Assembly (NCBI RefSeq): GCF_009914755.1
Contig: NC_060934.1
Reading direction: 5' to 3' (one strand)
From: the human T2T-CHM13v2.0 reference genome, Homo sapiens
DNA: 64,000 nt
Below are positions 16,500 through 36,780 of the stretch, in pieces. The notes below the pieces were generated by a model, which saw nothing but the letters and a program-made list of their open reading frames with translations, ran no database searches and was not told the DNA's origin. Position numbers and translations under genes: made by a program. The number at the start of each line of letters is the position of its first letter. Position 1 is the first letter of the stretch.

Positions 16500-16638
16500 T
16501 TTTTTAAAAAGAGACACGGCTGGAGTGCAGTGGCACAATCACAGCTCACTGCAGCCTTGGACTCTTGGCCTCAAGTGACCCACATGCCCCAGCCTCCCAA
16601 AGTGCTTGAATTACAGGCACGGGCCATCACACATGACC
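16500..16638 (-). mobile_element. Monomeric Alu fragment
   Basis: ggctggagtgcagtggcacaatcacagctcactgcagcc...cctcccaaagtgct...attacagg. Confidence 0.8.
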
Positions 16639-19600
16639 TAGAAATGGATAGATTTAAACACCCCACAAAGCAGGAAGGAAGCTATCTAGGTGTGTGAACA
16701 CCTGCTTCAAAAATGAAACAAAGAGGAGACTTTGAGGCATATTTATGAGGCATTCTGCATCTCTAGATGGCAAACGATGTCCTGTGGGAAACAAGGACAG
16801 GCTGGGGTTAAGGGTGAATGAGTGGCCAGGTGGATGGTGGTGCTCTTCCACTAATGAATAATGTTGGTAGAATGGTTTAGGGTCGCGCTAATGAGCTCAG
16901 TGTTGAACAAGTTGAGCCTATGTATCTGGCCTGGACCAGGACCCCACATGTCACACCTTCAGCATTTGGTGGTAATTGAAGCCTTCGGAGTGGGTGACAC
17001 TGCTCAGGAACCACAGAGAATGGGCTAAGCAGGGAGCAGGATGTGTAAGCCTGGAAATACACATCCCCTGTCCTGTACTTAAGTGGCTGATTATTTTCAG
17101 GCAGCTTGTCAGGTTTCATTTATCCTCTTGGTTTTAGCACTTTGTTCCACCCCGTTGATATCATTTAGAATTTTGATTCTATCAGTCAACATATTAACCA
17201 TCCCAGGCTTTTCAGTTTAAAATGTCTCCGTCGAGCACGCACAACTCTCCCAACTTCCTAATACAATAATCATAAAAATGATAAAATATCACACCATCAT
17301 TCAAAAAATTACAACTTTGTAGAATAGCAAATGTGCCATTTCTTTATAAGCATTTTGGAACTGGTACAGATAGGCTAATAAGGAAAGAGCCAGGAACAAA
17401 AAGTCAACAAGATAAGATGTAAATGGGAATGGTTAATAGAATGAATTGCAAGGGAAAAATTGAAATTGCTCAAATGAATCCACATGGAAAGTAGAGAAAA
17501 CAGGATAAATTGTAAGAAGGACACATTTCAAAAACTAGCTCTGAATCCAGAATAAAATAACAAAGAAATGGAAAAAAAAAAGCAATAATAAAAGGTCTAT
17601 AGTTATAGAGGCTAGAGAACACAGCACCACCCTCAAAAACATTCAGAAGTTGCTGATATACATGCAAACAACTATAGTAAATATTATTAAACAAAGCTAT
17701 AATTGGAAAAAAATCCTCAAATACAACAAAAACCAAAAGATAGCATGGCAATTGAAAGAAGCCACCACATTCCAAGGAAAACCAATGGAAAGAAACAAAT
17801 ATTACTGGTACCCATGCTAACAAAAACCTGTCAAAAAATCCTGTAGGAATATTATTTTTAAAAGGAGGAGGAAGGACACATTCAAAGGAAGAAAAATAAC
17901 TCAGGTCATTTCTCTCTTGTGAAGTCTTACATGCTAGAGAATATAAACTTGAATTCTACCAGTCAAGTTATTCTTCATATGTAGAGAACCAGAAATGAAA
18001 CAAATCTTCAGAAATGTAGGAGTTTAGAAAATAAAATATCTATGTCCTTTTGTTGAAATATCTAGTGAAAGCACAATTCAACCAATCAAGAGTTAAACTG
18101 ACAGTAAGAACCTAAATGCAGAAAAGCTGTATGTAAAATGATTCTCAGATTTTCCAAAAAAGATATCAGAAGGAATAACACCCAACTTATCAACATTATC
18201 TTATGGAGAAAGGTTTTAATACACCACATCTATTTGAACTGGCTATGAATTAAATCTGCAATAAAATAATATGTTAAAATATAGTCTTATATTTTTGTAC
18301 TTTGATTTGTGCATTTTTCTTTTGCTTAGATTTAATTGTCTTTAAAGAATATGTACTTTTATAGCAATAAAATTTACATAAAATATATACATCCTTAAAA
18401 TTGTATATTATCTGTGAAATTGATTAGTATGTCTTTGCTCTCTTAATCTAAGCCTGATTACTGTTGAATACAATGGTTCTAAGGTCAGCACTTTATGACA
18501 TTCAACTAAGCAATAATCTGCCAAGTTAACCCAAATATATTTTATTAATGCACTAGGGCAGTTTTTAACCAATTACAAATCTATTTATTCATGTGCCACA
18601 TTTTCCTTTTTATCCACAGGATCACTATCTAAGACCACCAAACAATGTACTGCTGAAATCAAGACATACCAGGTCTATGAATTATTCTGATTTGCCAGTC
18701 TAAAAAGTCTATCAAAAACAAACAAAAACAAATTGAAAGAGGTTAGCCTAACTCAAGATGATCTGTTCTTCGGGAATTGGTACCACCTTCTAGGGATCAC
18801 TTTTTCCTTTCTAAGTGTTCACAGATCTTCTTCCAAATAAATCATTTGTAAATGTTGGCACAGTTGCACATCAAATTCACTGGCATATCAAATAAAAAAA
18901 TTCAATAATTCAATGGTTTCTCAAAAAGTTAGATATAAAACCATCTCTGATACTCTAATAAGCCATTCTGATTTTCAAATATTATCAGCAGTGCAGACAC
19001 ACACACACACACACACATTGTTCCAGAGTCTTGGAATAGTTTTCTAATTGAATCTGGAAGCAGGCTTTTACAAGGCATTAAGGGAAAGATAGATTTATTC
19101 ATTTATTGAGGACCAAGTGAATGCCAACACAATGCTGAATCATATGATGTCTAATTTAATTAATTGACATAATCCACCACTGAACTAGTTAATTCTATTT
19201 TGGAGGTGAGAAAGCTAAGACTCAGATCCATAAAGTGACCATCTAAAATCACACAGCCAGCAAGCCACTGTGCTAACACACAAAAAAATGAACCAATGGT
19301 TTTTACATGACAGCAGTGATTCTGCTTCACATTATTGTCTGTTAATGCCACCCAGTATTCCTTAAACACTGACCTCCTCTGCCAACGAGAGTTTAGAAAG
19401 CAATTCTGCCATAACTTTTGTTTTCTTTAGCATTTTTCACCAATTGAAGTTCATTCTTTCACTTGGCCCTATTTACACACACTTTTGAGTGAATATCCAT
19501 GTTTTGTTTTATTATTCTGTGCATTACCTCTCAATTTCCTTGCTTGTCTCTTACCCCTCTGATTCCCCAGATCCTCGTAGTGAGCCCCTGGCATCTGCCT

Positions 19601-20469
19601 GCTGTCCCTCCTCACTGAGATAATTTGTGATTAGACCACTCACACTGCATGATTTAAAGACTTTCCCCTCTTCAATCATAGCTGTGGACCTCAAAATGTT
19701 CCTTTTTCTGAAAAATTTGGAATTCTGCTTACCTGAAGAATTAACTAACTACCAAGTTGTGCCTAACTCTGCCTTCTAGTTCGCATCTATTACAATCAAT
19801 TTCAATAAGACAGTTTCTCTTTCTCCCAAATTTCCCACTACTTGCATTATCAACAAATTATTTTCTTTCCCTCATTTTTAAAATGTGAACAGCTCTGCAT
19901 GGCCCCAAATGTGCCATACATATTCTGGCTGTTTTCCAAGACACTTGCCCTGGGCTTGTCAGAAGATTGATGGGTCCACAGTCACTGAACACCAAAAGCA
20001 ATGACCAGCTCATCTAAACTACCTTGTTTCCACCTCAGAGGTTTCTGCAGTCGGGGTCCCACTGCACACTGGGAGACTGTCACTGTAGCCCTCTCGATAG
20101 TTCTACATCACACTGTGCAATGAGCTGCCAATGGGGCAGCTTGTTCTCAGCAGCAGTTATCCTTCTTGGTGGTTTCGTCAGTAGCTCCATTTATGCAGCT
20201 TTCTCTCTACATCTATTCTTTTCTTCTCACAGCTTTCACAGTATGTTTTCATTATTATTTATTCACCTACTGGCTCTAGGAGATCTGAGTCTCTCAAGCT
20301 CCACTGTCCGTTCATTTATGAATTTACCCAACCCTACTATGTGCTAAGCTGAGTGCCAAGCCATTTGTTTAGCATGGAGAACTATAAAATGAATGGAACA
20401 CAGTTTTTACACTCAGTGAAGGCACAGTTTAATGAAAGACAGAACTTATAAATGAAGAGTAAAAATTCA

Positions 20470-20958
<489 letters not shown>

Positions 20959-21439
20959 CTACAGGAAGTAACTGTACTTTGAGATATTCCCCAAGGCCTA
21001 GCATTTGAGACATCACAGAACATGCATGTAGCTGTAAAGGTAAGGCTGTAAAGGTGGCTATGATCAAGTGAAGATGCTTTGCTAAGAAAGCTGAATTTTA
21101 ATCTGAACACTAGAACTACTAGAGATGAATAAGCGATGACTGACCTTATCAGAATTTATTTTACAAAGAATTTTGTACTTACAATATGGAGAAAGATTTG
21201 AGGGAGTGAAAAGAGGAGAGAAAAAGGTAAGTCAGGAGGTTGGTATAATAAACTAAGTAGTCATCAAGATAATAAACTAAGTAGTCATCAAGACATAGAA
21301 ATCACATGTATTTGAGAGATTTAGGGGGTAGAATGGATAGACTCTATTAACAGAGTAGTTCTGGGGTGTATGGAGCAAGTGGATATTTAGAATTATCCCA
21401 GTTTCTGCTTAGTCAATAAAATATTTGGGGAGACGGAGA

Positions 21440-22670
21440 GTGAGATACATAGGTAGAACATAGAGACTTTTTGTACAGTGAAACTATTATGTATAATACC
21501 ATAAAGATGGATATATGTCATTATATATTTATCAAAAGCAATAGAACATACAGCACAAAAAGTGAGTCTTAAGTAAACTAAGACCTTAAGTTAATAATAA
21601 GGTATCAGTATTGGCTCATCAACTGTAACAAATGTGCTACACAAAGATGTTAATAATATACTACAAGGCTATAGTAAAAAAAAACAGCAGGGTACTGGTA
21701 TAAAAATAAATACACAGGTCAATGAAACAGAATAGAGAACATGGAAATAAAGCCACATATCTACATCCAACTGATCTTTAGCAAAGTCAACAAAAACATG
21801 CACTGGGGAAAGGGGACACTTTTCAATAAATAGTGTGGGGAAAATTGGATTGCCATATGCAAAAGAATGAAGTTGGACCCTTATCTTTCACCATATACAA
21901 AAATCAACTCAAGATGAATCAAAGACTTACATGTAAGACTGAAACTACAGAAATACTAGAAGAAAACCAAGGGCAAACCAGACATTGATCTAGGCAAATA
22001 ATTTATGTCTAAGACCGCAAATGCGTAAGCAACAAAATCAAAAGTAGACAAATGGGAATTAACTAAAAAGTTTCTGCAAAGCTAAAGAAGTAGTCAACAT
22101 TGTGAACAGACAACATGCAAAATGGGAGAAAATAAATATTTGCAAAACATGCATTCAATAGGAGACTGATATCCAGAATTTACAAAGAACTCAAATTACT
22201 CAACAACAAAGCAAAGAACCTCATTAAAAAGTGGGTAAAGGAAATGAACAAACACTTTTCAAAAGGAAACATACCAACGATCAACAAACCTGAAAAAATG
22301 CTCAACATCACCGATTATCAGAGAAATGTAAATTAAACCTACAGTGAGTTACCATCTTACACCAATCAGAATGGCTATTACTAAAATGACAAATGTAACA
22401 TGTTGGGGAGCATGTGGAGAAAAGGGAACACTTATACACTGTTGGAAGGAATGTAAATTAATTAGTACAACATCTATGGAAAACTGTATGGAGATTTCTC
22501 AAAGAACTAAGGATAGAACTACCATTTGATCCCACTACTGAATATCTAACCAACGGAAAACAAATCACTATATCAGAAAGATAACTGTTCACTGCAGCAC
22601 TGTTCACAATAGCAAAAATATGAAATCAACTTAAATGTCCATCAACTGGTAACTAGATAAAGAAAATGTG

Positions 22671-22709
<39 letters not shown>

Positions 22710-23195
22710 GGAATATTATTCAGCCATAAAAAAGAATAAAATCATATATTTTGCGGTAACACTGATGGAAACAGAGGATATTACCGTAAGTGAAATAACT
22801 CAGAAACACAAAGTCAAATTCCTCATATTCATTTTAGTTATAAGTGGGAAGTAAATGATAGGTACACATGGACAAAGAGAGTGAAATAATAGACACTAGA
22901 GAGAGACTTGGAAAAGTGGGAGGGTGGGAGGGAGGTGACAATGAGAAATTACTTAATGGGTACAATGTACATTATTTGAGTGATGGTAAGACTAAAAGCC
23001 CAGACTTCACCACTACACAAGATAGCCATGTAACAAAGCTGCACTTGTACCCCTTAAATTAATACAAATAAAAAATAATAACAATAGAGGAAAGTGGAGG
23101 GAAGAGAAGATGAATATATGAGAACTCTACTACTTTCCAGTCAATTTTTCTGTAAACCTAAAACTGTTTAAAAAAATAAAGTCTACTAAATTTTT
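21440..23195 (+). mobile_element. L1PB-like element (about 21658-23080) nested in an older L1MC/MD-type 3'UTR
   Basis: ORF2 3' part plus 3'UTR with (TA)n near 22675-22707. The host 3'UTR resumes after the tail (gaactctactac...ttttctgtaaacctaaaactg). Confidence 0.85.
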
Positions 23196-24659
23196 AAAAA
23201 CATAGAAGATAAGAGAAATACTAATTTGGGACTTTCCAGCACCTTGAATATGTCAACTTTAGGTTAGTCCTCAATGAGAGTCATCTTTTCAACAGTCTAT
23301 AGAGTAAGCCTGTGGAAATGCTGTCTCTTGCCTTCCTTAAGAACTCAGCGTCTACTGCAGAAGGCTGGACTCAATGCCCTTGATGTTTCTTTGACAACCA
23401 GATGCTGTAGTTCTGGATGTGACATGAGAGAAGTGGGTATGCACCCATCATGGGAGTTATACAACTTGCTTGCCCCTTTGGAACCTAGCTTTCCTGAATT
23501 ATATAATTCTCACTACTATATTGTGTATGCATAAGCCTGAACAGGAATACAAATTTTACAGCCAGGTTGTGCATATGGATGACTTATCACAGCTATAAAA
23601 TGTGGATGCTATCAATTCATGAATCTCACTGTTCAAAGTGAAACAGTACATAAACTGCAGACTGCATTTCACACAATTCTAATGGATCTCTGGATACAGG
23701 AGGAATAGAAGAATAAAAAGAAGTAAAAAATCAAAAGATGTGGAATATCTCCAATTTGACCTTAAGAAAAAGATGTCCTGTCAACGCTTTGCCCAGTAGG
23801 ATACTGATGTGTATGATGGACATAAACAATTGTCCTCAATCTAAAAATAAATAAGAAAAACCAAAACCAACCAACCAAACAAACAAAAAAAACAAGCCAG
23901 CTGCTCTTTGCATGGCAGAGCTGTAAAGAGCATGTAACCCAAGGAATAGGGAGCACAAAATACATGAATTCAGAATTTATAAGAGACATTCGTGGCTTCC
24001 TAGCTATTATGGACACAGCTCAGGGATGCACAATTTGTCACCTCCCAAGGGTGTTTATTCATCTTCAGACATGTCTGACACCAAGAAGGGACTTTATTTT
24101 ATCCACTGAGCTAAGCTTTATCTTGAACTATTCTACCCAGTGTTCCTAATTCTTTATATATGGACCATAAAGCACAAGTCTGCCTTTAGTAATTAAGTAA
24201 TCCAATTAACATATGTATAGGGTATATATACTGTCAGGCACTGTGCTAAGCATTGGTTCTACAATAGGGGAAATACAAATTCAGTCCTTAGATCCATGGA
24301 TTTTATTGCCTATAGATATGAGTGCATGTTAAACAAAAGTAAGCACATAAGTACATAATTGCACAGTGTAATAATTGCTATGAAATAAAAGTATAGGGTC
24401 TATGACATTAAAAAAAATAGAGAAAGGTGATTTAAATTAAGGTGTATCTAGGAAGGCCATTCTGAGGAGGTGACCTTTGAGAAGGATGAGTGAAATTGGC
24501 TAGGTAAAAAAGCAGAGAGAAAGGTGCTCTAAAAATATGGACTAACTTACATGAAGAAGAGCAGAAAACTATTCATGATGTTCAAGGAGCATACAGAAGC
24601 TACTGGGAGATGAAATTAAATACACCTAGACAGAGACAGCGCATGCCGAATTTCCATTT

Positions 24660-25640
24660 TCTCTTATTTTTCTTGGTTAGTCTTGCTTGGGGTTTAATAC
24701 CTTTATTAAAATTACCAAATAACCAACTTTAAGCTTTGCTAATTTTCGATGTTATTATATATATTCTAATTTTTTCTTTCAGATTACATTGAACTAAACT
24801 TGTCTTTATTTTTCTCTCCTCTTAGGAAGGAAACTAAGAATCCTGAATTTAAGCAAAACTCTTTTTTTGTTTCTAATATAGGCATTTAAAGCTATAAACT
24901 TTCCTTTAAGCACTATTTTAGCTGTATTAGATAAACATTTAGCTAATACTTTAGCTAAATATTTATTATTGATAATATTTAGCTAATACTTCAGTAATAT
25001 TTTAGCTACATTATGTTAGTTATATTTCCTGTGAAGTTTCTAGATTGTTTATTTTTATTGATTTTTAAAGTAATTAATTGTAGGGATAGAACATGTTATG
25101 TATGATTTTACTCTTTAAATTTACTGAGATTTAATTCTATGGCTCAAAAACTGGTTATTCTTGGTGAATGTTTCATGCACACTAAAAAACTGCATATTCT
25201 GCAATTTTGGGGTATAGCGTTCCATAAATGTCAATTATGTCAAGTTAGCTGAGGGTATTGTACAGATTTATAAAGCCTTAATAGTTTTTTGTTTACTTGC
25301 TGTATGAGTTTTTAAGAGAATTAAGTTAAATTTTGACTATATTAGATTTTTCTACTTATTCCACTAGATTTGTCAGATTTTACCTCATAAACTTTGTTGC
25401 TCCATTATTAAGTGCATAAATATTTAGACATGTTTTCTCTCTGGTGAATTTGTTCCTTTTATTATTATGCAATGACCCTCTATCCTCTGTAATACTCTAT
25501 GGCATAAAGTCCATTCTGTCTGATATTGATATAGCCTCACCAGCTTTCTTATGCTTACTGTTTACATGGTATATCTTTACCTTCTCTCTCAATGTATCTG
25601 TGTCTCTTTGTGTTTAAAATGCTTACATACAGCATATTTT
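24660..25640 (-). mobile_element. Old L1M ORF2 fragment, minus strand
   Basis: Antisense L1 motifs: gcatttaaagctataaactttcctttaagcact; ttctgtctgatattgatatagc. Confidence 0.75.
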
Positions 25641-25904
25641 TCCCATTTTATAGTTATTAATAATGAGAAGACTGGTCCTGTTCCTTTATCATAACAGGGA
25701 AGACCTGTTCCTTTATTATAACATGTAGAGAAATTTACACAATTTCTTTTTCATGAGTCCCATTAATATGAACCACCTTCCTTTACAAGTTTATGGTGGC
25801 CTGAAGGCAAGAACTGATATGTAGCTCCGTTAAAATGTATTTTGTTAGATGCAGCCAATCACTTCAGGCTATTGAAATTTTATAGATCATTTTTTTTCTA
25901 ACCA

Positions 25905-26055
25905 GAGGCACTGCTTTCCAAAAATTAATGTGGATTAAAAACACTTAGAGATCTAGTCATATACGGATTCTGATCCAGGATATCTGAGGTGAGGTCTGAG
26001 ACTTCACTTATGCCAGCGATGCTGGTCTATATGGTCCACTTTGAATAGCAAGGAT
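25905..26055. mobile_element. MER5-type (hAT-Charlie) MITE
   Basis: gattctgatccagga...gaggtgaggtctgaga...gatgctggtc...ccactttgaatagcaagg. Confidence 0.65.
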
Positions 26056-26559
26056 TTACAGTACCCACTAACTTGCAAAGAGTCATTCAGATTGTCTATG
26101 TCCGAAGTTACTAACTTGAATGGCTTGATGGTGTACGGTGAGTATGTGAGGGTATAAAGTCAGCAGGTGACAAAAAATAAAAAAACGAATAATACCAAGG
26201 GTAATCTGGAGAGTGCAGGTACCACCGAAAATATCAAATTTACAAATTTAAAACATTGTGCTGTCAAAAAACCAAGGATGTCAGATAAATTCAGATCATA
26301 TCCAACTGTTTATGATTCCTGTTCAATGTCACTACCCACATATCAATTAAAAGAATGAAAGGCTCACATGCAAAACGGCAATGATCCATGTATAAACAGA
26401 ATTTAAGTTCAGTCTCCAAAGACTGATTTATCCACAGTAGCCCTGCCCAATTCATATTTTCCACACTTTATCCACAAATACATCTTTTAAGACCTTGACA
26501 CAGGTGTTATTAAAAATCCATACATATTTCTGTTTATCATAAAATGTTCACTTATCAAT

Positions 26560-27695
<1,136 letters not shown>

Positions 27696-28244
27696 TTCAG
27701 TTTATTAAAAGACTTTTAAAAATAATAATACAAAATTAAAAATCAGAGGCTTATAGTAAATTTTCTATTAATAAAGTTTATTTCTTTACATTGAGATAAT
27801 TGGAAGGAATTCTACCTCAGGATAAATTAGGCTTCTGGTGAATTCAGTCTTTTTATTTTCTCCTCTGAATCTGTGCAGATTTGTGGACACAAGACAAATC
27901 TCTAATTATAGATTGCCTATCTTTCCTTAGTTTAACGCAATAATTTATCTGTTCAAAGTATTCGCTTATTTTAGTTTACAAATGTGATGTTTCCAGTGAA
28001 AATATGAGCAAACATCTTAAATTGCAGTTTATACCAACATGCCTATTTTACATATATGGAAACTAAACATCAGAATAGTTTCTAATGCCATCCAGCTATG
28101 TGGTGACAATTTCAAAATGGAGCTGCCTACTTCCTAGACTACAATCTTCTCTCCCACATCACCCAGGCATGCTGGCGTTCTTCAGCCCAGGACTCCAAAT
28201 CTCAGAGCTGTTCCTTTGACTATGAAGGACTTTTTCAACAACCG

Positions 28245-28490
28245 TAATGATAATATCTAGCAGATGTATGGCCCTTTCTATGTGCCAGGTAACTTTATAA
28301 ACTCTAACATAGATAATCTTCCCAATAAGCCTGTGAGATAGTTGCTATTCTTATCCCTACATATAGATAATAAAAGAGAAAAACAGACAGGTTAAGTGAT
28401 TTTCCAAGATTACACAGGTAGTAAGTGAGAGAGAAAGGATTTGAAACCAGTCAGTCAATCTCCTGTGTCTATGCTCATGACAACTATGCC
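28245..28490 (-). mobile_element. MIR
   Basis: Near-full MIR: ctatgtgccagg...ggttaagtgattttccaagattacacag...ggatttgaaacc. Confidence 0.75.
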
Positions 28491-29804
28491 TTGTTGTCTT
28501 TCTTAGTCATGCCACTGTCCTCCTGCCTTCCAACCTGAGCCTCTGGGCCAAATATGATCTTTCTGAATGTAGGATGCTACTCACATAGGATTTTTAAACA
28601 AAGTATTTCCTAAATGCAAACATTAATGGGTTTAATGATGCATTTCCTAAAGGCACTATTAAAAGGTGCCTGTAGTGTTCAACCTCATGCCAATGCTGCC
28701 TTTTTCAAATGACTCTGCTGTCATCATTATAGCAGGTAAACATCTATTAGTAATTGTAAAGGAAATGAAAGTAATTACAGCAGCTTGAGACTGCTTAGTG
28801 AACAAAAATGAGATATTCCCTCCTCAATGAACATACCTCATACTCAACCCCAAAGAAAAAGGTAAAAATTGCTTAATGTAATTGATAAGTGAATCTCTGC
28901 TCTTTAGAAGCAGAGATTTAGATTTCAGTTCTCTTGGATGCTGGCATTGTCCATGTCTTTTAAGGAATGTATAGATTCCTAAGACTAAGACAGTAATGAT
29001 GAACATTTATATGGACAGGGTGGATTGCAATCATTATTGAATGGTTTTATATTAGGTTGAAAATTTATAAGTTGAAGATAACTAAGAAAATATGTTTATA
29101 AAGAGAGAACAGATATTCATCCTTACTCTTTTCAGATACCTACTGAAATGAACAGGCCATTTTTTAAAATCTGGGGCATCATGTATCATGAACCAGGGAA
29201 GGCTGCTACCTACTTATTTAAACTCTTTGGGAGGTTTCTAGGGGAGAAGGAAAAAATTAATGGGATACAGCAATGGGAGATTCAAATTCTTCTCACTTTG
29301 AAAATGCATCATCTCCGTGGACTTCTTCTTATATCTACAGAGACAAAGTAATTCAGAGCAGTAACAACGGAAAATGCCTAGGTTCCTCACAGCTCTGCTG
29401 GGTACAGTATGCAGAAATCCTCATTTACCAGCATTTTTCTCTGAACAATAGTAATTTGTCAGTAAATAGCAGAGAATATGGACGCCAAGAAAAAAAAAGG
29501 TTACAAAAAGTTACACAGTGGTTTCTCTTACTGTTGTTGAGGCTGTATCAATCCGAATGCTAGAAAATGAAACTTTGTCACTGGGGCAAAAAACTCAAAA
29601 GAAAAAATTCCACTAAGGCACAGTTTTGATAATGGGGATTTAAATTTATATCACAGTCTCCACCTGTACTCACAAGCCCAGGTTAAGACTTGAAAGGGTG
29701 ATTCTAACTGCATCCAGATGTACTATTAGGAAATCCAAAGAGAATCAACCCACCTGTTTATGGAAAGAGCTCTCCACATTCAAGGAAGAGTAAACTAAAC
29801 AAAA

Positions 29805-30078
29805 ACTGATTATTCTAAAGGAAGTAACTCAGGAATGAAAAACCAAACATCATATGTTCTCACTGATATGTGAGAGCTAAGCTATGAGGAGGAAAAACAT
29901 AAGAATGATACAATGGACCAGGGGACTTGGGGGCAAGGGTGGGAAGGGGTCAAGGGATAGTAAAGTGCAGTGTATACCGCTCGGGAGACAGGTACACCAA
30001 AATCTCACTAATCACCACTAAAGAACTTACTTATGTAACCAAACACCACCTGTTCCCCAACAACCAATGGGGAAAAGT
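29805..30078 (+). mobile_element. L1PB-type 3'UTR fragment
   Basis: aatcaccactaaagaacttac...gtaaccaaacaccacctgttcccc. Confidence 0.8.
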
Positions 30079-30759
30079 ACATGAAGATATTTCCAAATTA
30101 GAAAACAACAACAATATGGAGACATAAAGGAAGATATCATTATGAAAGAAATAATACATAAATATATTTACATAATATTGTGTTAAAGATACTAAAGAAT
30201 ATATTGTTAGAAAAGCATATGCTAAGGAAAACAAAGCCAAAATTTTAAAAATACTATAATTTACTACAGCAAGGACTCTTTATAACAAAACTATAAAATG
30301 AAATCCATAAAACATTGGCTGAGAAATGAAAGAAGTACTAGCAGAGTCAAAGCAAGAAAGAATGAAGGGGAAATAAAAATATATAAGTAGAATTTATATA
30401 GTCATTAATATTGCTAAAAGGCATGTGAAAACTAAAGAAAATCTAATCTGAAATATGAAAGACAAACCAAGGAACTCCCCAGAATGAGCAGGAAAAGGAA
30501 ATGAATTGAAAATGATCAGAGAATGTGACAGATGTGGAGTAATCATAATACCAACATATGAAAAATCAATGTTCCTGTAAACAACATGCAAATAAATGGG
30601 ATATAAATAATAAGGAAATATTTAATAGATGACAAAATTATTGAACTAAAGTGCAAGTTTCTGTTTGCATATACAAAGACCTCACTGAATCCTGAGAAAA
30701 ATTAATGGCATATCAACCAACTCCGGAAGTTTTTAAGTTGAAAGACATTAGTAAGGATA

Positions 30760-31172
30760 ACTACAAAGGAGAAAGCACAAGAGAGGAGAAAAAAGTGGAA
30801 GAGGAAGACGGACAACAGAAAAAGGAAAAGGAGAACAAAAAGAGAAGAAGAAAAAGAGCAGTATGAGGATAAACGGAGGCAGAGAGGAGAGATGAGAAAA
30901 AAGTGGAAAAGGAAGGGGAGGAAAAGAAGGAAGAAAGAGAAAAACAGGCATGTGGTAAGTGAGAAGAAAAAAGGGGAGGAGAAGGAGAAGGAAAAGAGGA
31001 GGAAGACGGTGAAAAGGAAAGAAAGAGGAAGAAGGGGAGCATAAGGAAAAAGAAGATGAAAAAATGAACCAGACAGAAGGAGAAAGGAGGAGGAAATAAG
31101 GAGATGAAGAAAAGAGGGGAGAAGAGAGAAAGTTGTGAGGGGGTAAGAGAGAAAGTAAAAGAGGAGAGGAAA
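30760..31172. repeat. GA-rich (polypurine) low-complexity tract of about 410 bp
   Basis: Almost entirely A/G on the + strand; explains the three overlapping F/L/S-rich ORFs on the minus strand. Confidence 0.9.
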
Positions 31173-31944
31173 ATCAATAGGTGAAAGTTTCTCCATTGTA
31201 TGACACACAGGAAGAAGGCAATCGAGCAAATTCTAAACAATATTAGAGAGGAAAGCTGTGACACAAGAATATTATATACAGATATGTTTTAATTAATGTA
31301 TAAAGGCAACAGAAAATGTTCTCAGATATGCTGTCTCAGAAATCATACTACTTATTATATTGCTCAAAAAGCTACTCCAGCTGATAAAAAATCCATCAAA
31401 ATAAAGAAATGAACAGCGGCTAAATCATAGTATAAAGAAACATTCAACAATCATTAAAACAATTGGAGCATAGAATTCAGTCTTAATTGTAACTATAGAT
31501 ATGGATGGGAAAAAATAAAAGAATGTGAAAGGCAAATATATATCTTAGAGACGCCATATAGGATGTTAAGAAGAAAAAAGGAAACATAGTAAACTGGGTC
31601 GAAGATTATGTAAACAAAGATTAAGTAGGAGGAAGAAGGAGAGGAGGAAAAAAGGTATTTTAGTATTACCTTACATAAGGAGAGATATGAATATATAGTT
31701 TCACTGTTAATTCTGAAAGAGAAATGGAGTTGCATGTATTTTTAAGCCTAAAGAAAACCACTGGAGATTAAAAGAAAATGCTTAACTTCAGGTAGGAGGT
31801 AACTATAGTAATAATAATGGTAACAGAACGCTAAACACCATAAAAAATTTGAAATGCACAAGTGGACATGAGAAAAATAAAATCATATATTTATATTATA
31901 ATAACTATCGATAGTTAAAAATTCTCCTTTAAAATACAAGATTA

Positions 31945-36235
<4,291 letters not shown>

Positions 36236-36249
36236 AAAACACAAGATTA

Positions 36250-36545
<296 letters not shown>

Positions 36546-36780
36546 TCAGAAATACAATACATGCTGATTCCAAGAGAAATACCTAAAGCACAATGATTCA
36601 AATATGACAAATACTTTTCAGGTAAACTCATAAGAATAGTAATCAAAAAGTGTCACACCAATATTCAATAAAGTAGATTTAAGGTATACAATGTTAAATT
36701 GGAAAATGATCATTTCATATTGGCAAAATATTGAGCCCTAATGAAGTTGTGGCTTACATAAGTGCATAAAGCAAAACTTA

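Noticed and set aside
25677-25723. Short imperfect direct repeat (period 27); a similar one at 49589-49630 (period 25)
   Set aside because: Only two copies each, consistent with ordinary slippage; not an array.
30702-31264. Overlapping 67-175 aa F/L/S-rich ORFs resembling membrane proteins
   Set aside because: Artefact of a pyrimidine tract that cannot encode stop codons.
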